A DNA stretch of 64,000 nt from a virus. Its lineage: Duplodnaviria > Caudoviricetes. The stretch lies in the IMG/VR virus record IMGVR_UViG_3300020577_010873, positions 9,989 to 73,988 of that record. The stretch is one strand, 5' to 3'. Below are positions 17,279 to 26,602 of the stretch, piece after piece; positions within the stretch are counted from its first letter, which is position 1, and the number at the start of each line of letters is the position of its first letter. The position numbers were made by a program, and so were the translations under genes. The notes beneath the pieces are model-generated. The model did not search any database. It worked only from the letters and a program-made list of their open reading frames with translations, and was not told the origin of the DNA.

Positions 17279-19591
17279 GTGATTTCGAAACGCGCCATCA
17301 AGGCTTTCCGGCTGGATGCCGAGTCCCTCCGCCACCTGTTCGAACCCAAGCCGGGAGAGACGGCATGGACGCCCCATCCGGCGGTCAAACGGCTGGTCGA
17401 CCGATGGAAGGCCCGCGCACAGCAAGGGCGCGACGAGAACCTCCGGCAGTACCGTCTCTACGCCGCGCTCGATCACTGCTGGGAGTCGGGATTCCGGCAG
17501 ACGACTCAGACCCTCATGTCGATGGTCAGGGACCTTCAGGACTACGGTCCGAAGGGACAGGGCGGGGTTGACGCGGTGGCCATCGCCGAAAGCTGGGGCC
17601 TCACCCATCTCGTCTCCGCCACGCACGATCCGAAGACGGGGGTCACCAGCAAGACCCTGGACTTCCCGCTCTTGCAGGAGGTGATTCTTGGGCTGCCACG
17701 GGCGTTCACGATGATGCGCGTCGCCCGCATTATGACCGAGCGATTGCAGGTCCCGCTCATGAAGTACGAACCGGCGTGGACGACCAAGATCAACCAGTTC
17801 CGAACCGAGGTCGGGACGCAGCGGATCGAGCAGGGCAACCGCGAGTTCGGCTACAGCGCCACCTACTGCGAGGCCACCCAGGGGGCGGCGAAGTACGGCC
17901 AGCAACTCATGTTCATCTCCGAGCAGTGGTACGAGATGAAGGACTACGTCGACCTTCAGGACGAGCAGGGGAACATCACGATCAAGGGCGTGGTCGGTAA
18001 AGAGGGCGTGCGCTACGTCCTTCCCCACCCCGGGCGCTCCTGCATCGACTCCGATTACGCGGCGTACACGATCAACAACGACGTGGGCCCGCGGTGGGCG
18101 AACTACTGGCGGACGACCAAGGTGGGGAGCGCCAAGGCCGCGGGGTACTGGAACAAGGAACGCATCTCGCGCTCCGACCGATTCGGCGACCCGCAGTGGG
18201 TGGCGTACTTCCAGGCCACCGGAAGCTGCCGGATGGCCACCAACTTCGACCAGACGCGCTTCAGCCAACTCGATCGCGAACGCAACCTCGACCGCGGCAC
18301 CACCTACTACTCGGCGCACGAGGACGATCAGCCGGTGTGGGAGACGCACCACTTCGAACGGTTCAACCCGAAGAACGAGTTCACGGACGTCAAGGACGGG
18401 TGCGCCATCACGGACGAGAATGGAAAGCCCGTGGACCTTCCGGACTGCGACGTGTGGTTCCGCGTCGTCCTGGCCTCGGACGACACTCCGCTGTACGTCA
18501 CGGCCCTCCCGTCCTGCCCGGTCGTCTGCTGGCCATGGGAGCCGGTGGGCGCGAACTCCGTGCAATCGAGCATCCTCCTCGAACTCATGCCCTACGGAGA
18601 CCACGGGTCGAACATAATGACCCAAAGTCTGGTCGGCCTGGACCAGAACGGAGCGAACTTCACGATCTTCAACCAAGACGTGGGGCTGGACTACGCCAAG
18701 GTGGAGAAGGAGATCATCGGATCGCGGGCCAAGCGGGCGCGCAAACTCTGCATCCTCGGTGCGTCGTTCAAGAACTTGGCCCACCGCGACGTCGACCTCG
18801 ACAGCGTGTTCAAGTCCTACCGCTTCCCGCAGTTGGACGTGCAGGGGCACCTCGTGATGCTCGGTCAGTTGATCGGGATCATGAAGCAAGTGGCTGGAAT
18901 GTCGGATCAGGAGGTCGGCGGGTCGGCCTCGCACGAGCAGTCGGCGGAGGAGATTCGAACGATCCACACCGCGACGGGCCACCGGGCGGAGTACGTGGCG
19001 GCGTGGCTGGACTTCGCGTTCGAGGCGTGGAAGCGCCAGCTTTGGACCTATTATGCCGCTTATGGGACACTGCCGGCCTTCGCCAGCCTTGGGCCGGAGT
19101 TCCTGGCGACCATCCAGCAACTCGCGGAGCAAAAGCTGGTGGACGTGGTGAGCGATCCGGACGAGGACGGGAACACCATCGTCTCCGTCGATTTCAGCCG
19201 GTGCCGCGTCGAGCAGTTCGTGGCGCAGCGCGACGGACCGAACCGCATCCCGTGGGTGACGATCGGAGGTCAGATGTTGAACTTCCTTCAGGTGTTCATG
19301 GCGGCGCCGGTCTCCCAGGCGATTCCGCCCGAGTCGATCATCGAGATGGTCAACGGCGCACTGGATGCCCTCCAGTTCCCGAGGTCCTTCCGGGTGCCCG
19401 TTGGACCGCAGGAGGCCACGGGTGGTGTCAGCCCGGCGACGCAGCAGTTCGTGTTGGAGAAGCTGAAGGAGTTGGTTCCTCAGATCAAAGCGTTCGTGGA
19501 TCAGGAGGTGAAGAAGGGCATGGGGTCCGTACAGCCTCCTCCTCCGTCCGCACCGAATGAGGTGAACTACAACTTCGGGCAGGCTGCATGA
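17279..19591 (+). CDS. Portal protein (P22-like)
   Basis: ~770 aa; WPWEPVGANSVQSSILLELMPYGDHGSNIMTQ and KQVAGMSDQEVGGSASHEQSAEEI patterns of P22-type portals. Start set at GTG 17279 to avoid overlap with the divergent gene (uncertain). Confidence 0.7.
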   Translation: MISKRAIKAFRLDAESLRHLFEPKPGETAWTPHPAVKRLVDRWKARAQQGRDENLRQYRLYAALDHCWESGFRQTTQTLMSMVRDLQDYGPKGQGGVDAVAIAESWGLTHLVSATHDPKTGVTSKTLDFPLLQEVILGLPRAFTMMRVARIMTERLQVPLMKYEPAWTTKINQFRTEVGTQRIEQGNREFGYSATYCEATQGAAKYGQQLMFISEQWYEMKDYVDLQDEQGNITIKGVVGKEGVRYVLPHPGRSCIDSDYAAYTINNDVGPRWANYWRTTKVGSAKAAGYWNKERISRSDRFGDPQWVAYFQATGSCRMATNFDQTRFSQLDRERNLDRGTTYYSAHEDDQPVWETHHFERFNPKNEFTDVKDGCAITDENGKPVDLPDCDVWFRVVLASDDTPLYVTALPSCPVVCWPWEPVGANSVQSSILLELMPYGDHGSNIMTQSLVGLDQNGANFTIFNQDVGLDYAKVEKEIIGSRAKRARKLCILGASFKNLAHRDVDLDSVFKSYRFPQLDVQGHLVMLGQLIGIMKQVAGMSDQEVGGSASHEQSAEEIRTIHTATGHRAEYVAAWLDFAFEAWKRQLWTYYAAYGTLPAFASLGPEFLATIQQLAEQKLVDVVSDPDEDGNTIVSVDFSRCRVEQFVAQRDGPNRIPWVTIGGQMLNFLQVFMAAPVSQAIPPESIIEMVNGALDALQFPRSFRVPVGPQEATGGVSPATQQFVLEKLKELVPQIKAFVDQEVKKGMGSVQPPPPSAPNEVNYNFGQAA

Positions 19592-20967
19592 ACCGCAAAA
19601 CCTGCTGGATCACGTTCCAGTTCCAGACCACCGAGGACTGGAGAATCCACGAACTCGCGCTGTCCGTGCTCTGCGCGGCCCACCACTACCACGTGCGGGT
19701 GGTGACGAACCTGGGTGAGAGGATTCGCCAGATCGGCCTGCCCTGCACCGTGGTCGACCGTACGTTCGTCCCAGCCATGCCATGGAGCGTCCACAAGCTG
19801 CGGACGTACGCCGAGGCTCCGTCGGGAGAGCCGTTCCTCCACATCGACTCCGACGTGTTCCTGTTCGATCCGCTGCCCGAGTGGCTGTTCGAGAAGTGGC
19901 TGTTCGCCCAGTCGCCGGAGGGGAAGGAGCACTACCTGTTGCCCATGCCGGCGGAGTGGGCGGCGAAGTACGAACCGAAGCCGCATTCGGCGTGGAACAT
20001 GGGGATCTTCGGTGGCAACCCCGGCACGGTGCGCGAGTACGCCCGGTTCGCCATGGAGTCGGCCGCGCTTTGGCCGACGGCAAAGCCCACGTACGTCGAG
20101 CAGTTGGCGCTCGGGAAGTTCTCCCAGGTCTACAGGTTCGCCGTGGCCTCACCGCTGATCGACGGGAAGCTGCACGGGTACACCCACCTGATGGACGACT
20201 CGCGGAACACCGACGTCCAGCACCGCATCCGCCTGCGCCTCTGCACCGACTATCCGGCGGTGGCCGAGCGGTTGGGCATCCGCCGGCCACTGCTGTCCAT
20301 CTTGGTCAGTCGCGGACGATTCAGCCGGTTGCTCCGGACTATCGATACTTGGATTGAGACTCGCACGTTCGCCGACATGCTGGTCGTGTTGGATGATGAT
20401 GATCCCGTGGCAGATCAAGTCTCGCTTGAGCTATCTCAGTACAAGGCTCCGATTCGCGTGGAGAAACGCCCGCGCGTGGGGTTCGCCCAGGCGTTCGACC
20501 AAGCGTGCCGCCGCCACTCCCGGGGGTACGACGTGATCGGCATGGCCGCGAACGACCTCGTCTTCTGCACCCGCGGCTGGGACAAGCGGTTCTACGACGA
20601 GCTCCTCCACCGGAACTTCATGGGCGTCGTCTACGGTCGGGACGGGCGGTGGGACAAGGATCTGGCGACCCACCCGTACATCGGGAGCCGGCTGTTCGAG
20701 GCGGCAGGAACGGTCGTCACCCCGGAGCAGCGTCACCTTTGGGTCGACAACAACCTGATGGAATTGGGGAAGCGCACGAACCTCATCTACCTCGACGACG
20801 TGCTGATCCGCCACGACCACTACGGGGTGATGCCCAACCTCACGGACGACGCTTACCTCGCGTGCAACAGCCGGGAGAACTACGACCACGACCGCGCGTG
20901 CCACGAGCGTTACGCGCAAACGGTCAGGGAGATGAAGCTATGGCCCGACTGCAAGACCTGTGGGTGA
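19588..20967 (+). CDS. Two-domain glycosyltransferase (two GT-A/DxD-type domains)
   Basis: N-domain PFLHIDSDVFLFDP; C-domain GT2-like MLVVLDDDDP...IGMAANDLVF...HLWVDN...IRHDHY; ATGA-coupled to the portal. Confidence 0.75.
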   Translation: MNRKTCWITFQFQTTEDWRIHELALSVLCAAHHYHVRVVTNLGERIRQIGLPCTVVDRTFVPAMPWSVHKLRTYAEAPSGEPFLHIDSDVFLFDPLPEWLFEKWLFAQSPEGKEHYLLPMPAEWAAKYEPKPHSAWNMGIFGGNPGTVREYARFAMESAALWPTAKPTYVEQLALGKFSQVYRFAVASPLIDGKLHGYTHLMDDSRNTDVQHRIRLRLCTDYPAVAERLGIRRPLLSILVSRGRFSRLLRTIDTWIETRTFADMLVVLDDDDPVADQVSLELSQYKAPIRVEKRPRVGFAQAFDQACRRHSRGYDVIGMAANDLVFCTRGWDKRFYDELLHRNFMGVVYGRDGRWDKDLATHPYIGSRLFEAAGTVVTPEQRHLWVDNNLMELGKRTNLIYLDDVLIRHDHYGVMPNLTDDAYLACNSRENYDHDRACHERYAQTVREMKLWPDCKTCG

Positions 20968-21041
20968 AGCTGGCGTTCCTGGCGCTGCTGGCGGCGGTCC
21001 ATGCGGTGCGACTGACCGATGCGCTTCGGCGATGGCTCTGA
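20940..21041 (+). CDS. Possible 33-aa hydrophobic peptide
   Basis: MARLQDLWVKLAFLALLAAVHAVRLTDALRRWL*; short and overlaps the GT end. Confidence 0.2.
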   Translation: MARLQDLWVKLAFLALLAAVHAVRLTDALRRWL

Positions 21042-21055
21042 CGATGGCACGGAGT

Positions 21056-21072
21056 CCGGGGGCTGCCCCCGG
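21056..21072. terminator. GC-rich hairpin between the convergent GT cassette and tRNA
   Basis: CCGGGGG-CTG-CCCCCGG; only a weak downstream T-run. Confidence 0.35.
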
Positions 21073-21122
21073 CTAGGCAAGTTTTGGATACTCGCCCGAA
21101 CGCTGGTCCCCTCCGTAGAAAT

Positions 21123-21197
21123 TGGAAGCGGGTGCTGGAATCGAACCAGCGACTTGCGCCTTATGAGGGCGCCCATCTGCCACTGATGTAACCCGCC
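21123..21197 (-). tRNA. tRNA with CAT anticodon (probably elongator Met; Ile2 not excluded)
   Basis: Full cloverleaf: GGCGGGT/ACCCGCT acceptor, GCGCC-CTCATAA-GGCGC anticodon arm, GGTTCGATTCC T-arm, encoded CCA. Lacks initiator features. Confidence 0.9.
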
Positions 21198-21228
21198 GCC
21201 CGTGTGTTGCCATGTACCGCACCCATGG

Positions 21229-22263
21229 TCAACAGCGATTGAGCACGAGGTGGCCTTTGACCAGCCTCTTGTCCGACCGGAGGTACGCCTTGTAGAAGCC
21301 GCGGTCGAACACCAGATTGTACTCCACCCGCAGCCGTCCGACGCTCCCGGCCTCCGTCACGGTGAAGCTCAGGATCGCCCCGCCCACCTCCATCCGAAGC
21401 CGCTTCTTCCGCGCGAACACCGTCTGGTCCTGAAACCCCGGCATGTTGATCACGTGGACGTTTCGGTCGACCATGTAGTTCGAGACGTGGTAGTGGCCTT
21501 GCACGAGGATCTGCGGCTTCTCACCTCCACCCAAGGACTCGACCTGCTTCTGACCCGCGTATGATCTTGCGTAGGCTGCCCCTCCGCCTGGGTGTTGCAC
21601 CTTGATCCGGACGATCCCGTGCTTTGTCGTCACGTCCACGTCAGCCTCGACGTGGCCGAGGTAGCGGAGGTCCGATCGTCCGGACTTCTCGGCCAACCCC
21701 TGGAGGTAGGCGCCGAAGTTGAACCCCTCCTTCTGCCACCACCCCTCGTGATCGTCCCCGGTGATAAAGTGCGTGGTGATGCCCTTCCTAGCCGGGTAGT
21801 TGTCCACCACGTACAGGGCTTGGTCGTCGATGCCAGAGACGATCACCGAGGCACCGTTGATCCGCGGGATGTAGCCGTCGACGATGTTGCCCGCGTGGAG
21901 GACGGTCGTGATTCCCTCGGCGGCGAACAGGTCGTACTGCGCGTGAAGCGCGTCCAGGCGTTGCTCTTTGCAGCACAGGTGGGTGTCGGCCACGAGTCCG
22001 ATGTGGATCCACTCGCCGTGCCGCAGGAATTTCAGCGGGAGGTATCCGAACTCCGGCTTCTCCAGCGAAAGGAACGCACCATTGGAGAACACCTTGGTCT
22101 CCTTCTCCAGCAGCCGGAGTGCCGCGGTGAGCGTCCGGGAGTCGCACCCCAGGCCAGCCTCCAGCGATGCGGGCGTGCATGGGCCCTTCGACAGCGCACG
22201 CTTGAGCAGGGGAAGGATGTCCTTGGCCGTCCGCTTCTTCGGCAGGAGGTCGTCGATTCTCAT
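21229..22263 (-). CDS. Calcineurin-like metallophosphoesterase with N-terminal winged-helix-like domain
   Basis: VADTH, HAGNIVDG, TGDDHE, QHP and QGHYH metal motifs; start re-assigned to ATG 22263 (ATGA coupling). Confidence 0.85.
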   Translation of the reverse strand: MRIDDLLPKKRTAKDILPLLKRALSKGPCTPASLEAGLGCDSRTLTAALRLLEKETKVFSNGAFLSLEKPEFGYLPLKFLRHGEWIHIGLVADTHLCCKEQRLDALHAQYDLFAAEGITTVLHAGNIVDGYIPRINGASVIVSGIDDQALYVVDNYPARKGITTHFITGDDHEGWWQKEGFNFGAYLQGLAEKSGRSDLRYLGHVEADVDVTTKHGIVRIKVQHPGGGAAYARSYAGQKQVESLGGGEKPQILVQGHYHVSNYMVDRNVHVINMPGFQDQTVFARKKRLRMEVGGAILSFTVTEAGSVGRLRVEYNLVFDRGFYKAYLRSDKRLVKGHLVLNRC

Positions 22264-22550
22264 TCGGACCCCTTCTTCGCGCTGGCGATTGTGGCCTTCG
22301 ATCCCCACCACCACCGGCCTCGGTGCCTGATCCGATTTCCCTCCAGCAACTTGTGCGTCCGGCCCTCGTTGAACCTCGAAACGGCGTACCCCACGCGGTT
22401 GCGAAGCTCCTCCGAGTTGACGACGTTCCCCCTTGTAACCTTCTCCGCCGCCTCGGCGATCCGCTTCACCACTTCCGGAATCACTCCGGCAAGCACGTCA
22501 TCGAGTTTGAGTTCCGTAGGGTTTGGTTTGGTCTTCGATGGTTTTGACAT
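22260..22550 (-). CDS. Hypothetical protein
   Basis: 96 aa; GGAGG upstream; coupled to the phosphoesterase gene. Confidence 0.6.
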   Translation of the reverse strand: MSKPSKTKPNPTELKLDDVLAGVIPEVVKRIAEAAEKVTRGNVVNSEELRNRVGYAVSRFNEGRTHKLLEGNRIRHRGRWWWGSKATIASAKKGSE

Positions 22551-22686
22551 AGTCCTCCAACCCCGGAGGTGGACCTGGGTCGTCCGAACGACCTTTCGGC
22601 CACTGCATCCGGTAATGCTGGTAACGCAGGGCTTTGAGTTCAGCCACCATCTCAGTAGCCCGCGCCAACGCCTGTTCGATCGTCAT
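22498..22686 (-). CDS. Hypothetical protein (62 aa)
   Basis: MTIEQALARATEMVAELKALRY...; TGATG-coupled to the upstream gene, but overlaps the next gene by 53 bp. Confidence 0.4.
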   Translation of the reverse strand: MTIEQALARATEMVAELKALRYQHYRMQWPKGRSDDPGPPPGLEDYVKTIEDQTKPYGTQTR

Positions 22687-23810
22687 CAGATGTTCCCGAT
22701 GCCGATTCCGCTGCCAGAGCTTCCGCAGCCTTCGCAGGCGATCCGAAGGATCGTGCCGGCGGTGGCGTGGACGTTCCCGGTGACGGAATCGAAAAACATG
22801 CACGGGCTGGCGGAAGACTGAAGTACGTCCCAGGCCGTGCGCGGCTGGTGACACCACGAGTAGACGAGGTCGCTCTCGTTCAGCGGCGTGACCACAGCGA
22901 CGTGGATGCCAGCGTTCTTCGCCGCCGTGCAGGCGGAGAGCACGCTCGGGCTGCACCGACTCTCGCCTCCCGTGCTGAAGACCACGATGGCCTTGCGCAC
23001 GCCCGTTCGCCCCGTCTGGTGCATCGCGTACGCCTGCATGATCGCCTTGCCCGGGTCGTCCGAACCTCCGGGGAACGGCATGATCGAATCAGACCACCCG
23101 GCGACTCCGGCAAAGGCGATGCGGTCGGTTCCGGTGCGCGTTCCAATGCTCGGCCTCGTGGGGTTTCCCGACTGGGTCCACCCGGACAGCAGGTCGAACG
23201 CTTGGTTGTCCCGCAGGTCCATCGACAACTGGAGGGACAGGATGGCCTGTGGATACTGGTTGGCCACGGACGACCGGAGTTCGCGAAGTGCCCGGCCGCG
23301 GATGACGTTCACTCCTCGGGCTACCGATACAATTCCAGCCACCCACTCCGATCCGTTATCCGCCACGACCACCACGTCCCACGGCTGGCTGGCGGCGCAG
23401 ACGTTGTCGAACACCGATACCGTTGCTGTGGCCAGCAGCCCACGCCATGTTCCGGTCATTCCGGAGGTTCCAACGTCCAGACCACGCACCAGACCGCCAC
23501 CCGCCGAGCTCGCCACCACGCCGTTCTCGACTTTGAACGTCCCCTGGCCGGTGACGTCCGCCACCCGCCCGTCGGAGAATGTGGCGACCAGCCGGACGTA
23601 CGATGACCGTCCCTTCGCCACATCGACGAAGGGCGGCATGATGTCCAGTTGGACGATCTCCAACTGGCCGCACGTGTCTTGATGGTCGATAGCGTAGAGC
23701 GGGTTCTGGCACGATGAGTACCAGTCTCCGCAAGAGCCGGCCGTCGGAATATGCGCGTTCCCGTGGTCGGTCAGTATGGCGTCGCCGGGTGTGGTGGGTG
23801 GGCAGATCAT
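22686..23810 (-). CDS. Ig-like (Big_2) + von Willebrand A-like domain protein
   Basis: RLVATFSDGRVADVT...GVVASSAGGGLVRGLDVGTSGMTGTW (Big_2); DVVVVADNGS...RKAIVVFSTGGE...GIHVAVV (VWA-like). Start at ATG 23810 (TGATG). Confidence 0.7.
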   Translation of the reverse strand: MICPPTTPGDAILTDHGNAHIPTAGSCGDWYSSCQNPLYAIDHQDTCGQLEIVQLDIMPPFVDVAKGRSSYVRLVATFSDGRVADVTGQGTFKVENGVVASSAGGGLVRGLDVGTSGMTGTWRGLLATATVSVFDNVCAASQPWDVVVVADNGSEWVAGIVSVARGVNVIRGRALRELRSSVANQYPQAILSLQLSMDLRDNQAFDLLSGWTQSGNPTRPSIGTRTGTDRIAFAGVAGWSDSIMPFPGGSDDPGKAIMQAYAMHQTGRTGVRKAIVVFSTGGESRCSPSVLSACTAAKNAGIHVAVVTPLNESDLVYSWCHQPRTAWDVLQSSASPCMFFDSVTGNVHATAGTILRIACEGCGSSGSGIGIGNI

Positions 23811-24205
23811 CAGGATTTCCGGTTCCTCGCCAGTTCGTCGGTGAGGTTGTTGATGGCGTTGATCGAGTTTTTCAGGTCTTCCCGCGCCCCGTCGTGCAGC
23901 AACTTCAGTTGCGCCGCGTGGTCCTCGTCCTGCTTCCGCTGGTCGTCCTTGGACTGGATGGCGTACTTGATGAACTCCCGGGCCAGCCACCCGAGCGTGC
24001 CAATGGACGTCAGGGTGACGACCAGCAGAAGGTACTCGATGCTCTTTCCCTGGAGCGTTTCCGCCGCCTTCTCAGCAGCCGGAATCGGTACTTGCGCCAG
24101 AAGATGAGCCGCCTCAGCCCTCGTCCCTAGAAGCACGAGGGCCGAGATGGCGATAGCCAAGGCCGCGTTGAACATCACACGTAGTCTCAGTGGGGCGGTT
24201 TTCAT
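23810..24205 (-). CDS. Holin-like membrane protein
   Basis: Two hydrophobic segments followed by a charged coiled-coil tail; function inferred from topology only. Confidence 0.5.
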   Translation of the reverse strand: MKTAPLRLRVMFNAALAIAISALVLLGTRAEAAHLLAQVPIPAAEKAAETLQGKSIEYLLLVVTLTSIGTLGWLAREFIKYAIQSKDDQRKQDEDHAAQLKLLHDGAREDLKNSINAINNLTDELARNRKS

Positions 24206-24561
24206 TTTGCGATAACGCTAACTTTTAGTCTCGTCATCGGAGCACTCGTCACGACTCCCGACGGGACAGCGAAATGGGCCGGGTCCGAGATCGGCCCGTA
24301 GAGTCCCAGGAAGTTTCGGGGCGTGACGCGTGCGACGAGAGTGGCTCCGACGACCAGTTGGTTCGACGGCAGTTTGATTTCCGAAACGCCATTGGTGACG
24401 GCCGGTAGCGTGATCCAGTTCGTTGCGGCCAGCGTGGGTTTCCACTCCACGCGGTACTCCGTCACCTGTTCTTCCGCTGGCGACTTGTCCCACGTGACGA
24501 ACACATCGAGCGCAGATGCGCTGTATGCAAGAGCGACGATTGATGCAGCGAAAATCTTCAT
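24202..24561 (-). CDS. Signal-peptide FN3-like beta-sandwich protein
   Basis: MKIFAASIVALAYSASA|LDVFVTWDKSP...TEYRVEW...ARVTPRNFLG; start re-assigned to ATG 24561. Confidence 0.65.
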   Translation of the reverse strand: MKIFAASIVALAYSASALDVFVTWDKSPAEEQVTEYRVEWKPTLAATNWITLPAVTNGVSEIKLPSNQLVVGATLVARVTPRNFLGLYGPISDPAHFAVPSGVVTSAPMTRLKVSVIAK

Positions 24562-24602
24562 CGAAGTGTTATAAGTGGCTTTTTGTAGGACGACCCATCC
24601 CA

Positions 24603-24616
24603 GTTGCCTTTGCAAC
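24603..24616. promoter_or_regulatory. Imperfect palindrome GTTGCCTTTGCAAC
   Basis: One mismatch to GTTGCAWWTGCAAC; lies in an AT-richer spacer 42 bp upstream of the 24561 start. Confidence 0.5.
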
Positions 24617-24664
24617 CGCATAGATAGGACGCGAGTACCAACAGAACTACTATGGCTTGCTTCT

Positions 24665-25213
24665 TCACGGGTGTAGTATTTTATCGGACTGCTCCCTTGT
24701 CAGTACACCAATGGACACCGCCAACTCCATAAACGCCACTGTGTCTGAATTGTTATTTTTAACAGTAACGGCAAGCTGCGACTGTCGTATAGCCTTTCGA
24801 ACGAGTGCTCGAATCTCGTTCGGAAGTTCGACATTAACCGATGCGGCGTCCATTCGGTCCCATGCACCCGGAGCATTTGTCTCGACGTTGTTGTAGAACT
24901 CCAAGGCCGACCACTCATGTTCGGATTCAAGCCTATCTCTCTCTTTGTTCCACGCTTCTTTTGCGGATGATAGAGCGACCAAAATATTCGTGTGCTCCTC
25001 AATCGTTAACACCTTCCAGTCTCCCTGCTCTGGCAACGCATTCGTATCCGGAAGCTTCGATGTTGCGGACCTGATTGTCAGGTATGGCCAATTAGTCGGG
25101 CATCCCTTCTTAAACTCAGTAGTATTTGCGGAACCATGTGTGAGCACAAAAACGAATTGCGCGTTTGCGCTCAGACAGAACACCAAAGCCACAATTACCA
25201 TGATAGTTTTCAT
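24665..25213 (-). CDS. Signal-peptide protein; C-terminus resembles tail-fibre assembly chaperones
   Basis: MKTIMVIVALVFCLSANA|Q; C-terminal ...ELAVSIGVLTREQSDKIL; directly follows the fibre gene; visibly lower GC. Confidence 0.6.
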   Translation of the reverse strand: MKTIMVIVALVFCLSANAQFVFVLTHGSANTTEFKKGCPTNWPYLTIRSATSKLPDTNALPEQGDWKVLTIEEHTNILVALSSAKEAWNKERDRLESEHEWSALEFYNNVETNAPGAWDRMDAASVNVELPNEIRALVRKAIRQSQLAVTVKNNNSDTVAFMELAVSIGVLTREQSDKILHP

Positions 25214-26601
25214 CGTGCCGGGGTGTAGAATTGTTCGATGTGAACGTAGTCGATCTCCATAAGGTCCGCGTTTGCACCGACGGTGGACTCGATAACGATT
25301 CGAGTCCCAGTTCCACGCGCTGCACCGAGCGGAATTCCCGTCGTAATCGTGGCCTGCAAGGTCCCATCGACGAAGAAGTACGCGTACCCCAAAAACCCGT
25401 CGACTTGGACTTCAAGCTTTTGCCACGCGGTTGCCGACGGCCCGACGATTAGGTTGGAGGATTGGAGGGAGGAGTTCGAATATACCTTCGCCACCCAGTT
25501 ACCCGAATTGACGTTGTCCGTGTACTCGAAGTACGCGCCGTCCGTCGCGTTTCCCGCTGTGGCGTCGTAAAACCCACACCGAGCAATGTACCGATCCGTA
25601 CCGTTCGACAGCACCGGAAGCCGGGCGCGAAATTCGAATTTGCTGAAGTTGTTAGTTCCAAACACAATAGAGTCAGTAGAAGTAGCACCTAACTGCAATC
25701 GATTGTTCCCCGTAGCCGTGGTTCCAGTCGACAACCGGACAATCCCACACGCGTTCGTTTCGGACGCCACGATTGACGCACCGGAGCCAGATCCGTTGGC
25801 CGTCGTGACGATCGGCCCCGTGGTCGGCAACGCCGCCCAATTGAGATCGTCGTAGTAGTCGTAGAATTTGTTCGGCTCGGTCAACACCGGATAAGCCACC
25901 GAGTTGGTGATGGACCACGCGATGTACTGAGTTCCGGCAATGTTGGTAACGGCCTGGCCAATGACGTAACCGCCCCCACTGGCCGGGAAGTTCGTGGCGT
26001 ACCCCTCGATATCCCCGTTGCCGTTGATCACGAACCGAAGGCCCCCCGTGGTCGCCGACGGCGCATTTGTCAGCCGGGCCGGTTGCTGCATGGTGCCGTT
26101 GACCACCAGGTTGGTGCCAAGGCCGCGCGCGTTCAGCGCTGTGATCACGGCCGCGTCCATTTTGTTGCTCGATACCGCGTTCGACTTGAGAGCGAACGTC
26201 AGGTTGGTTCCGGTGAGCGTTCCATCGATCTCCGCCGTGTCGGCTACGTTGACCGTCGCACCGTACGTCCCGTCGACGGACACCACCGTTCCTGAGTTCG
26301 TGGATGGCGGAGACGAGCTACCACCGGCAGACACTAGCTTCCATTGTCCACCTCCGATGGCGTCGAAGATGTCGGTGTTGTTGGTCGCCCCCCATGACGC
26401 GGCGTGCGTGGCAATCCGCGCGGACGAGTCTCCTGCCGCGTTCTCTCCCAACACGATAGTCGTCTGGTTCGTCGATGGGCGGATCGACAAAAGGCCGTTG
26501 GTCCCTCGCAGGGTGTTGGCCACCGACATCGGCCGCAACGCCTGGGCCGCGACGATCAGTCCAATGAACAGGAACAGTACGATGATGATGAGGCGTTTCA
26601 T
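25210..26601 (-). CDS. Tail fibre-like protein with signal peptide and C-terminal lectin-like beta domain
   Basis: MKRLIIIVLFLFIGLIVAA|Q; tailspike-type N-terminal module; Thr/Asn/Gly-rich shaft. Start re-assigned to ATG 26601. Confidence 0.7.
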   Translation of the reverse strand: MKRLIIIVLFLFIGLIVAAQALRPMSVANTLRGTNGLLSIRPSTNQTTIVLGENAAGDSSARIATHAASWGATNNTDIFDAIGGGQWKLVSAGGSSSPPSTNSGTVVSVDGTYGATVNVADTAEIDGTLTGTNLTFALKSNAVSSNKMDAAVITALNARGLGTNLVVNGTMQQPARLTNAPSATTGGLRFVINGNGDIEGYATNFPASGGGYVIGQAVTNIAGTQYIAWSITNSVAYPVLTEPNKFYDYYDDLNWAALPTTGPIVTTANGSGSGASIVASETNACGIVRLSTGTTATGNNRLQLGATSTDSIVFGTNNFSKFEFRARLPVLSNGTDRYIARCGFYDATAGNATDGAYFEYTDNVNSGNWVAKVYSNSSLQSSNLIVGPSATAWQKLEVQVDGFLGYAYFFVDGTLQATITTGIPLGAARGTGTRIVIESTVGANADLMEIDYVHIEQFYTPAR

Positions 26602-26602
26602 C

